Shown here in pieces: positions 1 to 8,940 of a DNA stretch of 64,000 nt (position 1 is its first letter; each line of letters begins with the position of its first letter). Position numbers and translations under genes: made by a program. Source of the DNA: a virus (lineage: Duplodnaviria > Caudoviricetes); the IMG/VR virus record IMGVR_UViG_3300013121_000024, positions 86,380-150,379 of that record. One strand, 5' to 3'. A model generated the notes under the pieces. The model did not search any database and had not been told where the DNA came from. It worked only from the letters and a program-made list of their open reading frames with translations.

Positions 1-294
1 ATCCACCACGGTGAAAGTGCAGTTGTACAAGGCGCTATTGTCTCGGACGGCAGCTTTACCGGAGACCATCATAGCACGCATGGAAGGCATTATCTCTAAG
101 TTTAAAATTGCATCCTGCAATTCACTCATTAGTGAGTCGGGTATTGTATACCCATGTTTTTCTTTTACGGATTCAGATACAAAATTCAAGTATCTATTAA
201 CTGTTTCTGGCCAGTGTTCACGCCGTTTCTTATCCGGAAGAAATCTTGCATATTTGGATTTATGTATATACTGTTGATAGGAATCCATTGTCAT
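1..294 (-). CDS. nrdJ: Class II (adenosylcobalamin-dependent) ribonucleotide reductase, N-terminal part (runs off the window)
   Basis: Hand translation: MTMDSYQQYIHKSKYARFLPDKKRREHWPETVNRY...EIMPSMRAMMVSG...DNSALYNCTF, typical of the phage monomeric NrdJ N-terminus; not in the ORF track because it is truncated. Confidence 0.85.
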   Translation of the reverse strand, partial: MTMDSYQQYIHKSKYARFLPDKKRREHWPETVNRYLNFVSESVKEKHGYTIPDSLMSELQDAILNLEIMPSMRAMMVSGKAAVRDNSALYNCTFTVVD

Positions 295-303
295 CCGTGT
301 CGT

Positions 304-885
304 TTACTCCAATTCATCTTTACTATTCCAAAATTCTCGGTTTTTGAGGTGGTCGAGTATGGTGGTCAACCCTGTGAACGGCCCTATTTCATTATAATGT
401 ATATAATGTTGATTAAGCATATCACGGATCTTATTATCAATCTCTTTAGCTTCACCCTCCGACTCATTCCTGCCTAATTTATCGTATTGTACATTCCTTG
501 TCAATAGGTAAGATAGGTTCTCAAATTGACACCATGTGGCAAAGAAAAAGTCTTTCATTTTCTCCAGATAATCGGTATTGTGTTTTATTTTTACACCAGG
601 CCTCGATTGGTGCCAGTCAACATAAACCGTAGACAACATCAAAGGAGAGTCGGTTATTATATAGTCAACCTGTCCTAGTAATCGGTGTTGTCTACGGCAT
701 TGTTCCGCAAAAATGTGTAATTGATTTTCCAGTAATACGTGACTGCCCTCATAGGTAACATCCTTTGCATATTCTGTAACTAATTCCACGGACTTTCCCC
801 AGAGCTTAAGGTTATATAGTAATCCTGAAGCAATGGTACTTTTGCCTATTCCAGGCCCTCCAAATAAATTAATCACTGTAGTCAT
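304..885 (-). CDS. P-loop ATPase/kinase (NadR-like AAA family)
   Basis: INLFGGPGIGKST Walker A; ITDSPL motif; start moved to the ATG of MTTV. Confidence 0.75.
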   Translation of the reverse strand: MTTVINLFGGPGIGKSTIASGLLYNLKLWGKSVELVTEYAKDVTYEGSHVLLENQLHIFAEQCRRQHRLLGQVDYIITDSPLMLSTVYVDWHQSRPGVKIKHNTDYLEKMKDFFFATWCQFENLSYLLTRNVQYDKLGRNESEGEAKEIDNKIRDMLNQHYIHYNEIGPFTGLTTILDHLKNREFWNSKDELE

Positions 886-936
886 ATTACACATCCTTTA
901 TTATTATGGTATATCAGGTATATCAGTGGTCTATTA

Positions 937-1503
937 TTATCTCATCCTAACTCTTATGGGAATTTTACGTTTGTACGAATCCTCGAACTCCTTTTCACTG
1001 GAAATTCTGACAGGAGGTGATTCATCGGAGTGTGTCTCAATAACCAGTTCCGGATCAGCCAGCATTTTCTTCCATACTTTCTTCATTCCAGGTGAATGAT
1101 TATGTCCAACAATATTGAGGCCAGGAATACTTTTGATAATATGTTTATATGCAACGTGAGCGTGCAATCGATCCGGATTTTTCACATCAGTGGCAGTTTG
1201 TCTTTCATGGAATACATTACCTTCCCTTTCTCCATAAACGATAAAGCTCCTTTTTCCCTTCTTCTCACCCGAAAAGTACGATTGATTGAGTCGAATATTT
1301 TTGCCGGTCTTCAGATCTATAGTATGGTGAAAAATAGAATGTCCGTCCACGGTTCCGAGTGGATTTTTCTTGTACTTCCAGTATTTTTTGTTGGAAGTTT
1401 CGTCATTCTTTAGTAACTCTCCGATATCATGAAACGCTTCATCCGATGGCGGTATATCATTGGTACCGGGCGATTCCTTAAGAAATTGCTTGAATGTCTT
1501 CAT
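937..1503 (-). CDS. Putative internal head protein with capsid-targeting N-terminus
   Basis: N-terminus MKTFKQFLKE resembles the T4 internal-protein targeting sequence; downstream of a late-promoter motif at 2882. Confidence 0.55.
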   Translation of the reverse strand: MKTFKQFLKESPGTNDIPPSDEAFHDIGELLKNDETSNKKYWKYKKNPLGTVDGHSIFHHTIDLKTGKNIRLNQSYFSGEKKGKRSFIVYGEREGNVFHERQTATDVKNPDRLHAHVAYKHIIKSIPGLNIVGHNHSPGMKKVWKKMLADPELVIETHSDESPPVRISSEKEFEDSYKRKIPIRVRMR

Positions 1504-2552
1504 GTGGACGGTCTCCTTCGTGTATGTGAACTCACCAGCTTTCCATCCCTGATATACTTTCTCACCTTCACCGGTTTCGTTATAGCTGGTACCGCATTTC
1601 CCAATTTGAATTGTCTCAACCTACGCAAGAACTTTTTTTGATTCTTGTGTGTAAGGTACTTACCAAACTGATTTACCTGCATCCAACGGTTTCTATTCGA
1701 AGAGGAATCATTGTGAAACATATGAATGGACAACTTGCGTAAGTCTGAGATGGATTTGATTTGTCCTAACATACCAATACTGTCAACCATCCGAAGTATC
1801 TCATTCGAGTGTGAATTGACCTCGGTCGGTAAGTTAAAATAATTCTTGCTTTTATTCTTGTTTAATTCATCTGATTTAAGAATAGCCTGTCGTTCCTTAT
1901 CATACTGTTTGATAAGTGCTTTTTTACCGGCTTTTTCCAAGAATTTCTTTTTGTCCATAAAGTGGTTGAACTCATGTATAAAAGCCTGCTTTATTGTTGA
2001 CGTCTTAAGGTTTCCGATGTCAAGTTCACTGAACATTACATCACGGATATCAATATTTACAGGATAATCTTTGCCAATCATGGCCAGTATTTTCGATGCT
2101 CTGACTTGCGCGCCATATTTTTTGTCAATGAACCGTCGTCTCTCATCGGCATCTTTATCATTTGTGGATAATCCAAGTATGATATAGTGCCTGGATTCTA
2201 ATTTATTTTCTGGATTATAATATGAATTATAACTGCTTATCCATATTGGACCAAAGGAAATGAACAATTTTAAACTGTCTTTATACCCTGTTATATTGAG
2301 TAGGTTTTTATACTTGGTACCGGCCAGTATTTTATCCAGGGGAACCATATAACCATATGGAACCCTATAAGAGTCGTCTCCTATTATATTCCACTCGGGT
2401 GCATCATCAGGAACTTTCCCCAATTTCCCCGATTCAATGTCTTTTATAGCCTTTATGGACTGTTTATATTTCATCTCCAACCAATCAACGACCATATCCC
2501 AAATAATGCCTGATTCCTCGTGTGATTGCCATTTTTCTGTTAGGTAATTCAT
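1500..2552 (-). CDS. Putative zinc metallopeptidase (HExxH), likely virion-associated
   Basis: AFIHEFNHF plus downstream YFNLPTEVNSH; basic tail VKVRKYIRDGKLVSSHTRR. Confidence 0.55.
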   Translation of the reverse strand: MNYLTEKWQSHEESGIIWDMVVDWLEMKYKQSIKAIKDIESGKLGKVPDDAPEWNIIGDDSYRVPYGYMVPLDKILAGTKYKNLLNITGYKDSLKLFISFGPIWISSYNSYYNPENKLESRHYIILGLSTNDKDADERRRFIDKKYGAQVRASKILAMIGKDYPVNIDIRDVMFSELDIGNLKTSTIKQAFIHEFNHFMDKKKFLEKAGKKALIKQYDKERQAILKSDELNKNKSKNYFNLPTEVNSHSNEILRMVDSIGMLGQIKSISDLRKLSIHMFHNDSSSNRNRWMQVNQFGKYLTHKNQKKFLRRLRQFKLGNAVPAITKPVKVRKYIRDGKLVSSHTRRRPST

Positions 2553-2843
2553 TTATTTTTTAATATCATCTTTTTCTTTCTGTGCCAGTGTGTCTGGTGA
2601 AACAGATGGCTTTTCCTTGGGTTTTGTCTTGCTGATAGGATCCAATTCGGCTCTTACTTGAACACACATTTCCTCCAAGTCTATACCGTCTTCAAAGGTG
2701 ATATAGGCACGCAATTGATTGGCCGGTTTATCGATAAGTATTTTTACTCTTGGTTTGTGTGGCTCATACTTTGGACTGTGTTTTATCACGTCGTTGAATA
2801 TTTTTCCAAATACGTCGGGGAAATTCAATACTACTCTAGTCAT
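2553..2843 (-). CDS. Hypothetical protein
   Basis: 96 aa ORF with AGGAG RBS, first gene after a late-promoter motif. Confidence 0.6.
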   Translation of the reverse strand: MTRVVLNFPDVFGKIFNDVIKHSPKYEPHKPRVKILIDKPANQLRAYITFEDGIDLEEMCVQVRAELDPISKTKPKEKPSVSPDTLAQKEKDDIKK

Positions 2844-2881
2844 ATCTAGTTTTTCTCCTTTTCTGTGTAATCGTGTCCTAC

Positions 2882-2888
2882 TATTTAG
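2882..2888 (-). promoter_or_regulatory. T4-type late promoter (CTAAATA)
   Basis: Overlaps the primase stop codon, upstream of the 937-2843 cassette. Confidence 0.5.
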
Positions 2889-3958
2889 ACCTTAGACCAA
2901 CTTGACAGTCTCAACTCACCGGATAATCCAGAATATGTATTTTCAACCAATATATTTTGTAACATAGGCACCAATCTGTCAAGTGGAATGTCCTTGTTTC
3001 GCATAACAAAAGCGTTTACATCCTTCTCGGTAATATCATCCGGCCATATGGAAACCTTAAATCCTTGTCTCAGTGCCTTTTGTATTTTCTGCACTGTCTC
3101 TTTTTTTCTTGGTTCATTATCCATGAAAATAACCGTATTTTCTTTTTTACCCCCAAGCCGATGTAATTCTGATACTATATCACCACCGGCCGAGGCCATA
3201 CTGTTTGGAATAAACATGCTATCTATAGGACCTTCCAGTACATAATGTATACGATTTAAATCAACAGAATCCATTCCAAAAAGTCTCGGAACACTAGTAT
3301 CCAATAGTATTGTTATATACCTTATATTTGAATTGGAGATATTTCCTGTAGTATCTATTATTCTACCTTGATAACCGAATACCTCACCACTTTTCGTAAA
3401 GAATGGTATCACCAAACGAGACTCGTCCACACCACATGTATTGAATTTTCCAGGTATTATAGAATTGGTCCATTCCATGAAATTAGGAACAAAATATAGT
3501 TTATGATGATATGTGGTAGGTATCCTCCTGTAATCCACATATTTCTTTGCTGGATGCATATGTTGTAGTTGTGATACTTTTTTTAATCCAGAAAAAATCT
3601 TGTTGACTGGATATATTTGTTTGGATATAGGTGCTGACTCTTCCAATTCCTTTCGTTCTTCACGTGTACATGTTTCTACATATTTTTCTTTAAGGAACTC
3701 AGAATAAAGATTGGGATCTTGTTCTTTGAGAAATTTAAGGAAAGGAGGAGTTATTCCACAATTATGACAATGGTAGATAAATTTACCACCTTTCTCATAT
3801 ACATATCCCCTTGCCTTTCGTGGATTTTTTTCGGAGTCTCCACAAACAGGACAGGAAAAATTGTATAGTTTGTATGATTTTTTTCGGTAATTCTTATATT
3901 TGCTACAAAGGAGTGGAATGTATTTTTTTTCTAACCATGCTGTATCATTGAATGTCAC
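2885..3958 (-). CDS. gp61: DNA primase (T4 gp61)
   Basis: Zn finger CPVCGDS...CHNC, GYQGR, TOPRIM EGPIDSMF and DNEPR; GTG start at 3958 after GGAGGA. Confidence 0.95.
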   Translation of the reverse strand: MTFNDTAWLEKKYIPLLCSKYKNYRKKSYKLYNFSCPVCGDSEKNPRKARGYVYEKGGKFIYHCHNCGITPPFLKFLKEQDPNLYSEFLKEKYVETCTREERKELEESAPISKQIYPVNKIFSGLKKVSQLQHMHPAKKYVDYRRIPTTYHHKLYFVPNFMEWTNSIIPGKFNTCGVDESRLVIPFFTKSGEVFGYQGRIIDTTGNISNSNIRYITILLDTSVPRLFGMDSVDLNRIHYVLEGPIDSMFIPNSMASAGGDIVSELHRLGGKKENTVIFMDNEPRKKETVQKIQKALRQGFKVSIWPDDITEKDVNAFVMRNKDIPLDRLVPMLQNILVENTYSGLSGELRLSSWSKV

Positions 3959-3980
3959 AATATATCCTCCAATATCCTCC

Positions 3981-4045
3981 ACCAATTACTCTAAAACGAC
4001 ACCGTTATTATACAGCTTTCCAAAATGTTGGCAAGGGGTAAAATT
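3981..4045 (-). repeat. 65-bp element, copy 1 (perfect inverted repeat of 39805-39869); contains TTGCCA-16-TATAAT pointing at primase
   Basis: Base-by-base reverse-complement identity with 39805-39869. Confidence 0.9.
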
Positions 4046-4047
4046 GT

Positions 4048-4566
4048 TCAATTAACGCAAAAATTGATGACAGGAAACTTATAGTTTATCCTGTTGAAAT
4101 ATGTCAGTGTATTGGATATAATGTTTATTGACGCTACTGTTATTATTTTGTAACCACACCCCTTGGAAATAAAGGATGGTATATCATGAAAATGTGCATT
4201 CTTTTCTGGAAATTTGGTTTTTATGGTATCTAATTTATAACTTGACAACCTATATGATGTGCCTAGATTATCCACTATTTTGGAAGAGATTTCTGAGGAG
4301 ATTTTGGCTAGGCTGGTAAGACAAAAATGTACCACTATGTTTTCATCTGTGCCAAAGTTATATACCATACTTTCATCAAATGGAATTTTTTTTGTGGTTT
4401 TTCCATTTTTATCTGTAATTATGATATGGTCTATCCTAACAATTAGTGGTGTGGATGTATAGGGTACCAGACAATACAACAGGTACATGCTTGACAACAG
4501 AACTATAAATGCATTTAAATAGATGAAATATCCAAACTTTTTTGAAGGTTTTCTAATTATTTCCAT
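4048..4566 (-). CDS. Hypothetical membrane-anchored protein
   Basis: N-terminal hydrophobic helix FGYFIYLNAFIVLLSSMYLLYCLV. Confidence 0.55.
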   Translation of the reverse strand: MEIIRKPSKKFGYFIYLNAFIVLLSSMYLLYCLVPYTSTPLIVRIDHIIITDKNGKTTKKIPFDESMVYNFGTDENIVVHFCLTSLAKISSEISSKIVDNLGTSYRLSSYKLDTIKTKFPEKNAHFHDIPSFISKGCGYKIITVASINIISNTLTYFNRINYKFPVINFCVN

Positions 4567-4570
4567 ACTA

Positions 4571-4960
4571 TTAATGTCCTTTTGTCACCCAAGACAAAAT
4601 AAATGTTCCAAATACGGTAAGCATAAAAGTGAATACTGCATAAATGAACTTTTTGATTGGTTCAAATTCTTCTTTGGAAACTAATTTTCCTTCTCTCTCC
4701 AGTATTTCATCTCTTATCTCTCGCAATTGGACTTTTCTATCTGCGGATTCTTCTCTAACGGTTGTTTCAAGCTTATTCAATTCCACCTCAACAAATTTTG
4801 CAAGATTCACCATTCTTTCATCTAAACGGACAAGCAATGTACAATCGTTGGCCAATTTTAGTTGAGGTTTATGTTGTTGATCGTCGTTTTCGAAAGATGT
4901 TGTTTTGTGTTCTGTAACACTATTTATCAACATTGTCATTTTATCTGTGGTTTTTTCCAC
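4571..4960 (-). CDS. Coiled-coil protein with C-terminal TM helix (holin/XhlA-like architecture)
   Basis: LLVRLDERM coiled coil, C-terminal FIYAVFTFMLTVFGTFIL. Confidence 0.5.
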   Translation of the reverse strand: MEKTTDKMTMLINSVTEHKTTSFENDDQQHKPQLKLANDCTLLVRLDERMVNLAKFVEVELNKLETTVREESADRKVQLREIRDEILEREGKLVSKEEFEPIKKFIYAVFTFMLTVFGTFILSWVTKGH

Positions 4961-5121
4961 CGGTTTGCAAAATCCAATAATTTTCTACGAAACGTTTTAT
5001 GTGTTAATAGTGGTGAAAATCCAGAAAGATGTGCACCAATATCTCCAGATGAAGTCGGTGTTCCCAGTGAATTTACGGCACCAACACTAACGGTTTCTTT
5101 GATCGTAGATTTTGTTTTCAT
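4936..5121 (-). CDS. Small hypothetical protein
   Basis: 61 aa, ATGA-coupled to the upstream gene. Confidence 0.5.
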   Translation of the reverse strand: MKTKSTIKETVSVGAVNSLGTPTSSGDIGAHLSGFSPLLTHKTFRRKLLDFANRWKKPQIK

Positions 5122-5522
5122 ATTTTTCGGAGCGCCTCGGTTATTTTACTATCTGAAATGATATCATCTGTATCCAATTTATATTTACCAAAATATACCA
5201 CTTTAGGAAGAACACTCAGTAACACCAAAAATGGTTTTAACTGTTCTTTGTATATGTTCAATTTTAAGAATAACATACGTCCGGCCGAATTGACACCAAA
5301 AACATTGTAGAGTATGATTATATGATTGAGTATTAATCGTTCCTTTAATTCACCTGTTGTCTTATATCTGGTAAATAGTTTCTTCAAGTACTTGAATCTT
5401 TTCACATCACTAAGGAATTCTTTCGTGTCACCGTGCACATTGTTGTAGGCCTTGGCCGCGAAAAAAAGGAAGTTATTATCATTCAGTGTCTCAATCTCGA
5501 CTCCATTATCCAGATTTTTCAT
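5118..5522 (-). CDS. Conserved T4-like phage hypothetical protein
   Basis: LNDNNFLFFAAKAYNN...KRFKYLKKLF...ERLILNHIIILYNVFG, a motif commonly found near primase in T4-like phages. Confidence 0.7.
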   Translation of the reverse strand: MKNLDNGVEIETLNDNNFLFFAAKAYNNVHGDTKEFLSDVKRFKYLKKLFTRYKTTGELKERLILNHIIILYNVFGVNSAGRMLFLKLNIYKEQLKPFLVLLSVLPKVVYFGKYKLDTDDIISDSKITEALRKI

Positions 5523-5526
5523 TATA

Positions 5527-5829
5527 TTAGAAACTCTCCAGTGCAACCCTTTTTAACAAATTTGTGTCCACTGCGATGTATAGGTAATTTCCATCGGAAA
5601 ACATTTTTCCCTTAATCACGGTAGGGGTATTATTAGCCGGCTCATTTTGTATTGTTGTGGACAGTGTATTTATCACCAAATCTAGACTTGAATTGGAGAA
5701 TAAATTCTCCACCGATATCTGTTGTGTGATTGAATTGCCAGAAGTATTGGTTTCCACAATAAAAACAGAATCCAGAGGCAATGAATTTGCCTCTGGAAGC
5801 TCTGTTATGTGTTTGGCTTCATTTGCCAT
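5527..5829 (-). CDS. Putative virion protein
   Basis: KHITELP N-terminus and DGNYLYIAVDTN..KRVAL C-terminal motif typical of fibre/structural proteins. Confidence 0.55.
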   Translation of the reverse strand: MANEAKHITELPEANSLPLDSVFIVETNTSGNSITQQISVENLFSNSSLDLVINTLSTTIQNEPANNTPTVIKGKMFSDGNYLYIAVDTNLLKRVALESF

Positions 5830-5873
5830 ATGTCAGGTCTCCAGTATTTTTTTCATATACAAAAAAGATTATT

Positions 5874-6935
5874 TTAAAGTGAGCTTTGCGGCAACTTGGT
5901 GTCATCTGTAACAGATGCATCCCCTGAAATGGAACCCATGGCTACCAATGTTTCATAGGTTACTCGTCCAGCTCGTCCACCTGTTCCCTCACGTCTTAAA
6001 ACCCATCCAGCATGTGTGACCTTGGAGGCTTCATTTAACCGTGGACCTCGTGTAATAGTAGCAGTTGCTCCACTTCCACTAGCACCAAATGTGGCTGTTG
6101 GTGTGGATGTGAATCCATAACCACTAGCTGTTACGTTGGCTGCTCCTGTTGTATATCCAAATGCGAAGTTTGCTGTTGCGCCTGTTCCAGATCCACCTGT
6201 AAGTGCAACGTTGGCTAGTGTTGGTAGTGTGGAAAATACACCACCTGAATCAACGGCTAAGGTTTTAATACCAGTTGTAACGTCTACGGTAAGTCCTGCT
6301 CCTGAACCTGTGTTATTGACTGTTGCAACATTCGCCAGGTCAGGATCCGCGGTATAATCACCACCTGTCGTAAGAGCTAGGCTGGCCACGTTATCATCGG
6401 ATGCTCCAGTGGTAACAGTGAATGTTGCTTGTGTTCCTGTTCCGGTTGTCATTCCAACAACATCACCATTGGCATATCCACCACCAGCTTCGTTGACCGC
6501 AACGGTAACAATTTGTGTATGTGTCACCGATAAACTAGCAGCATTTACAGCCACACCATTAGAAAATGACAGTACATCGTCAATTAGGTAACCATCTCCC
6601 TTGAGGTCGATGGTCGCTGTTATTAGTTTTCCTGTTGCCGTTCCGGTGAATCCTGTACCACTGCCACCTGAAACACCTATGGCAAGGGTTGTATAGCCTA
6701 TGCCGGCGTTAGTGATGTTGAAACTTGTAACACCTTCAGTTGATCCTGTGTAAGGATACTTAACTTCATCTGCACTAGCTCCAAACATTCCTGTTTTTTG
6801 TCCGGTTACAAAAGAATTAGATGTTACGTTGTTGAATAGATTATCACGGTTTGCGGTGTTTGCTGTTTTGTTGACCAACGATCCGCCCCAAATAGGTGAA
6901 TTATTGGCCTGATCTGCTGATCCCCATTGTGCCAT
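5874..6935 (-). CDS. Virion structural protein (Gly/Thr-rich fibre or decoration protein)
   Basis: MAQWG N-terminus, Gly/Thr-rich beta repeats, C-terminal HAGWV...GRAGRVTYETLVAM. Confidence 0.7.
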   Translation of the reverse strand: MAQWGSADQANNSPIWGGSLVNKTANTANRDNLFNNVTSNSFVTGQKTGMFGASADEVKYPYTGSTEGVTSFNITNAGIGYTTLAIGVSGGSGTGFTGTATGKLITATIDLKGDGYLIDDVLSFSNGVAVNAASLSVTHTQIVTVAVNEAGGGYANGDVVGMTTGTGTQATFTVTTGASDDNVASLALTTGGDYTADPDLANVATVNNTGSGAGLTVDVTTGIKTLAVDSGGVFSTLPTLANVALTGGSGTGATANFAFGYTTGAANVTASGYGFTSTPTATFGASGSGATATITRGPRLNEASKVTHAGWVLRREGTGGRAGRVTYETLVAMGSISGDASVTDDTKLPQSSL

Positions 6936-6949
6936 ATTTTTTACTCTCC

Positions 6950-8923
6950 TTATTTCTTATTTTTAGATGGTATATAGCCCAAAATTCCATACAACTTACT
7001 TTCAGTCATGGACACCTTTGGTAGAGTTATACCTCTTTTTGGTTTTCCTTCTGGAATTTTCTTGCCGGACTCTACATGATCTAAAGACTTTTGACTGAAT
7101 TTTTGATTCCTCAAGAATTCTTGTGCCTTTTGTCTATCAGATGGATTATATTTTGTTCTCAGGGCGGATATAACTGGCTTGGGCAACCTTAATAGATCAT
7201 CCAACGGTGTCCTCTCGGAATCACCGGAAGTGACCTTTTTAGGAACTTCCTTCTCTTTCGGAGGATTCTTCTTTTCTGCCTTTTTAGCATTCGAAGCGGC
7301 CGCAATGGCCTTAATCAGCTCGGCGCGTTCTTTCTTGTTCTTGGTGCCGGCCAATTTTTTCTTAAGGCCTGATAAACTGGCCTCGTTCAATTCACTAGAA
7401 ATTCTGTCGGCCGCCGTATTTTCCATTAATACACCAGCACTCTTTTTTACTCCATCGGCCCATGGGTCTTTAATGGCCGGTTTATTTTCCGATACCACTT
7501 TCCTCACGGCGGCCAATAGACTCTCAGAAAACTGACCTTTAAGTCTGTGGTCTATCATTTTAGGCAATTCTCCTTTTCCTCTATTTAGTGTTCTGATCAA
7601 TCCTTCTGTTAATTCACTAGAATTCAGTGATTCTTTTATCCTTCTTTTATGATAAGGAGCTGGAGAAGTATCACGGGCCCGCCTGTTTTTATTTGCTTCT
7701 CCTTGAATTAATGTTTTGATTTTTTCCATAGTACCAATAGCATCTCTTTTTAGTCCTGTTCGGATATCATCAAATGCTGGACCTGCCCATGGTCCTTCAC
7801 GTCGTTTAATGGCATCCACAATTGGTGTTAGTATTGCATCACGGTCGCCTTTCAAGCCAGTACCAACATCGTCAGCGGCTTTGGATAACCATGTACGACT
7901 TCTCCTCTTAATGGAGTCCTTTACGGGATTAACCACGTTCTTCAAGTCTTTCTTGAGACCATAGGATATATCATCGACTACTGAATTTTCGGTCAATCCA
8001 CCCAAGCCCTTTTTCTCAAGATAAGCGGCGAATTTCGGATCCTTTTTCCTTATATTAAGGTAACGCTTATTACTCCAGTCCGTATTATCTATGGCAGCGA
8101 AAGCGGCTGCCATGGCCGGGCTAGGGGGCCTGAGTTTTGGGTGCTTAGGTTCAGGACCTCTCTTTTTGAGGGCGTCTAATTGGGCTTTCTTTTTTGAATC
8201 ATCCGGGTCTAATTCTAAATCACCAATCTTGTTTTCGGTTACGTGTGATTCGCCTAATGTGTACCAAGATTTCGAGTCTATTTCTTTATTGCCCAAATAG
8301 TGTTTTCCGCCTTTGGTACGTACATTGACACCTAGTGAATTCAATCGGGATTTAGTGGTAGTAGTTGGCCAACCGGCCATGGAAATAGACACTTTACCTT
8401 TAACATTCTTTGCAATAAGGTTTCCATGAAGTCTCATTTCTGTTCCGTGTGGAGTAACCACAACATGTGTATTCTTGTTTTTGTATGGCCGGTGGTTCAT
8501 AAAACTATGAGCGGCCGCAGAGGAGATTTTTCTCTCCTCATTAAGATCGATTACTTCTTCCGAGAGAGATTCTTGTACGGCCCCGAATGCTTTGCCATTA
8601 GCTTCTTCCTCGGCCTTTTTGGCCGCGGCCTTCTCGATCCTTTTTTTGTTGGCGGCAAGTCTGGCTGGTGTTTGAAACTGTATCCTATTTGTCACCTTAA
8701 TTTCTTCTTTTCTACGGTCTGGATCATTAGGATCAAATACAATTTTTTTACTTTTGCCTGTAACCTTATCCTCTTGTAATGAGGATTCATTGATTTCCTG
8801 TACTAATAAAGTTTCCGGAGTTTCCAAAATCGTTGGAATTTTCCGTTTACTAGGCATCCGCAGTTCTTTACCTGAAAGGACTTCCAGTGCAGTATGTTCT
8901 AATGATCGGTACTTCTTTGTCAT
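6950..8923 (-). CDS. Large basic protein, putative internal head (poly)protein
   Basis: 657 aa, Lys-rich, many hydrophobic-x-E motifs, three internal DD(I/V)xxGLK repeats. Confidence 0.55.
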   Translation of the reverse strand: MTKKYRSLEHTALEVLSGKELRMPSKRKIPTILETPETLLVQEINESSLQEDKVTGKSKKIVFDPNDPDRRKEEIKVTNRIQFQTPARLAANKKRIEKAAAKKAEEEANGKAFGAVQESLSEEVIDLNEERKISSAAAHSFMNHRPYKNKNTHVVVTPHGTEMRLHGNLIAKNVKGKVSISMAGWPTTTTKSRLNSLGVNVRTKGGKHYLGNKEIDSKSWYTLGESHVTENKIGDLELDPDDSKKKAQLDALKKRGPEPKHPKLRPPSPAMAAAFAAIDNTDWSNKRYLNIRKKDPKFAAYLEKKGLGGLTENSVVDDISYGLKKDLKNVVNPVKDSIKRRSRTWLSKAADDVGTGLKGDRDAILTPIVDAIKRREGPWAGPAFDDIRTGLKRDAIGTMEKIKTLIQGEANKNRRARDTSPAPYHKRRIKESLNSSELTEGLIRTLNRGKGELPKMIDHRLKGQFSESLLAAVRKVVSENKPAIKDPWADGVKKSAGVLMENTAADRISSELNEASLSGLKKKLAGTKNKKERAELIKAIAAASNAKKAEKKNPPKEKEVPKKVTSGDSERTPLDDLLRLPKPVISALRTKYNPSDRQKAQEFLRNQKFSQKSLDHVESGKKIPEGKPKRGITLPKVSMTESKLYGILGYIPSKNKK

Positions 8924-8940
8924 TTTTGTTCCAGTCGTTA

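Noticed and set aside
908-925. 9-bp tandem duplication GGTATATCA x2
   Set aside because: Too short to support a function
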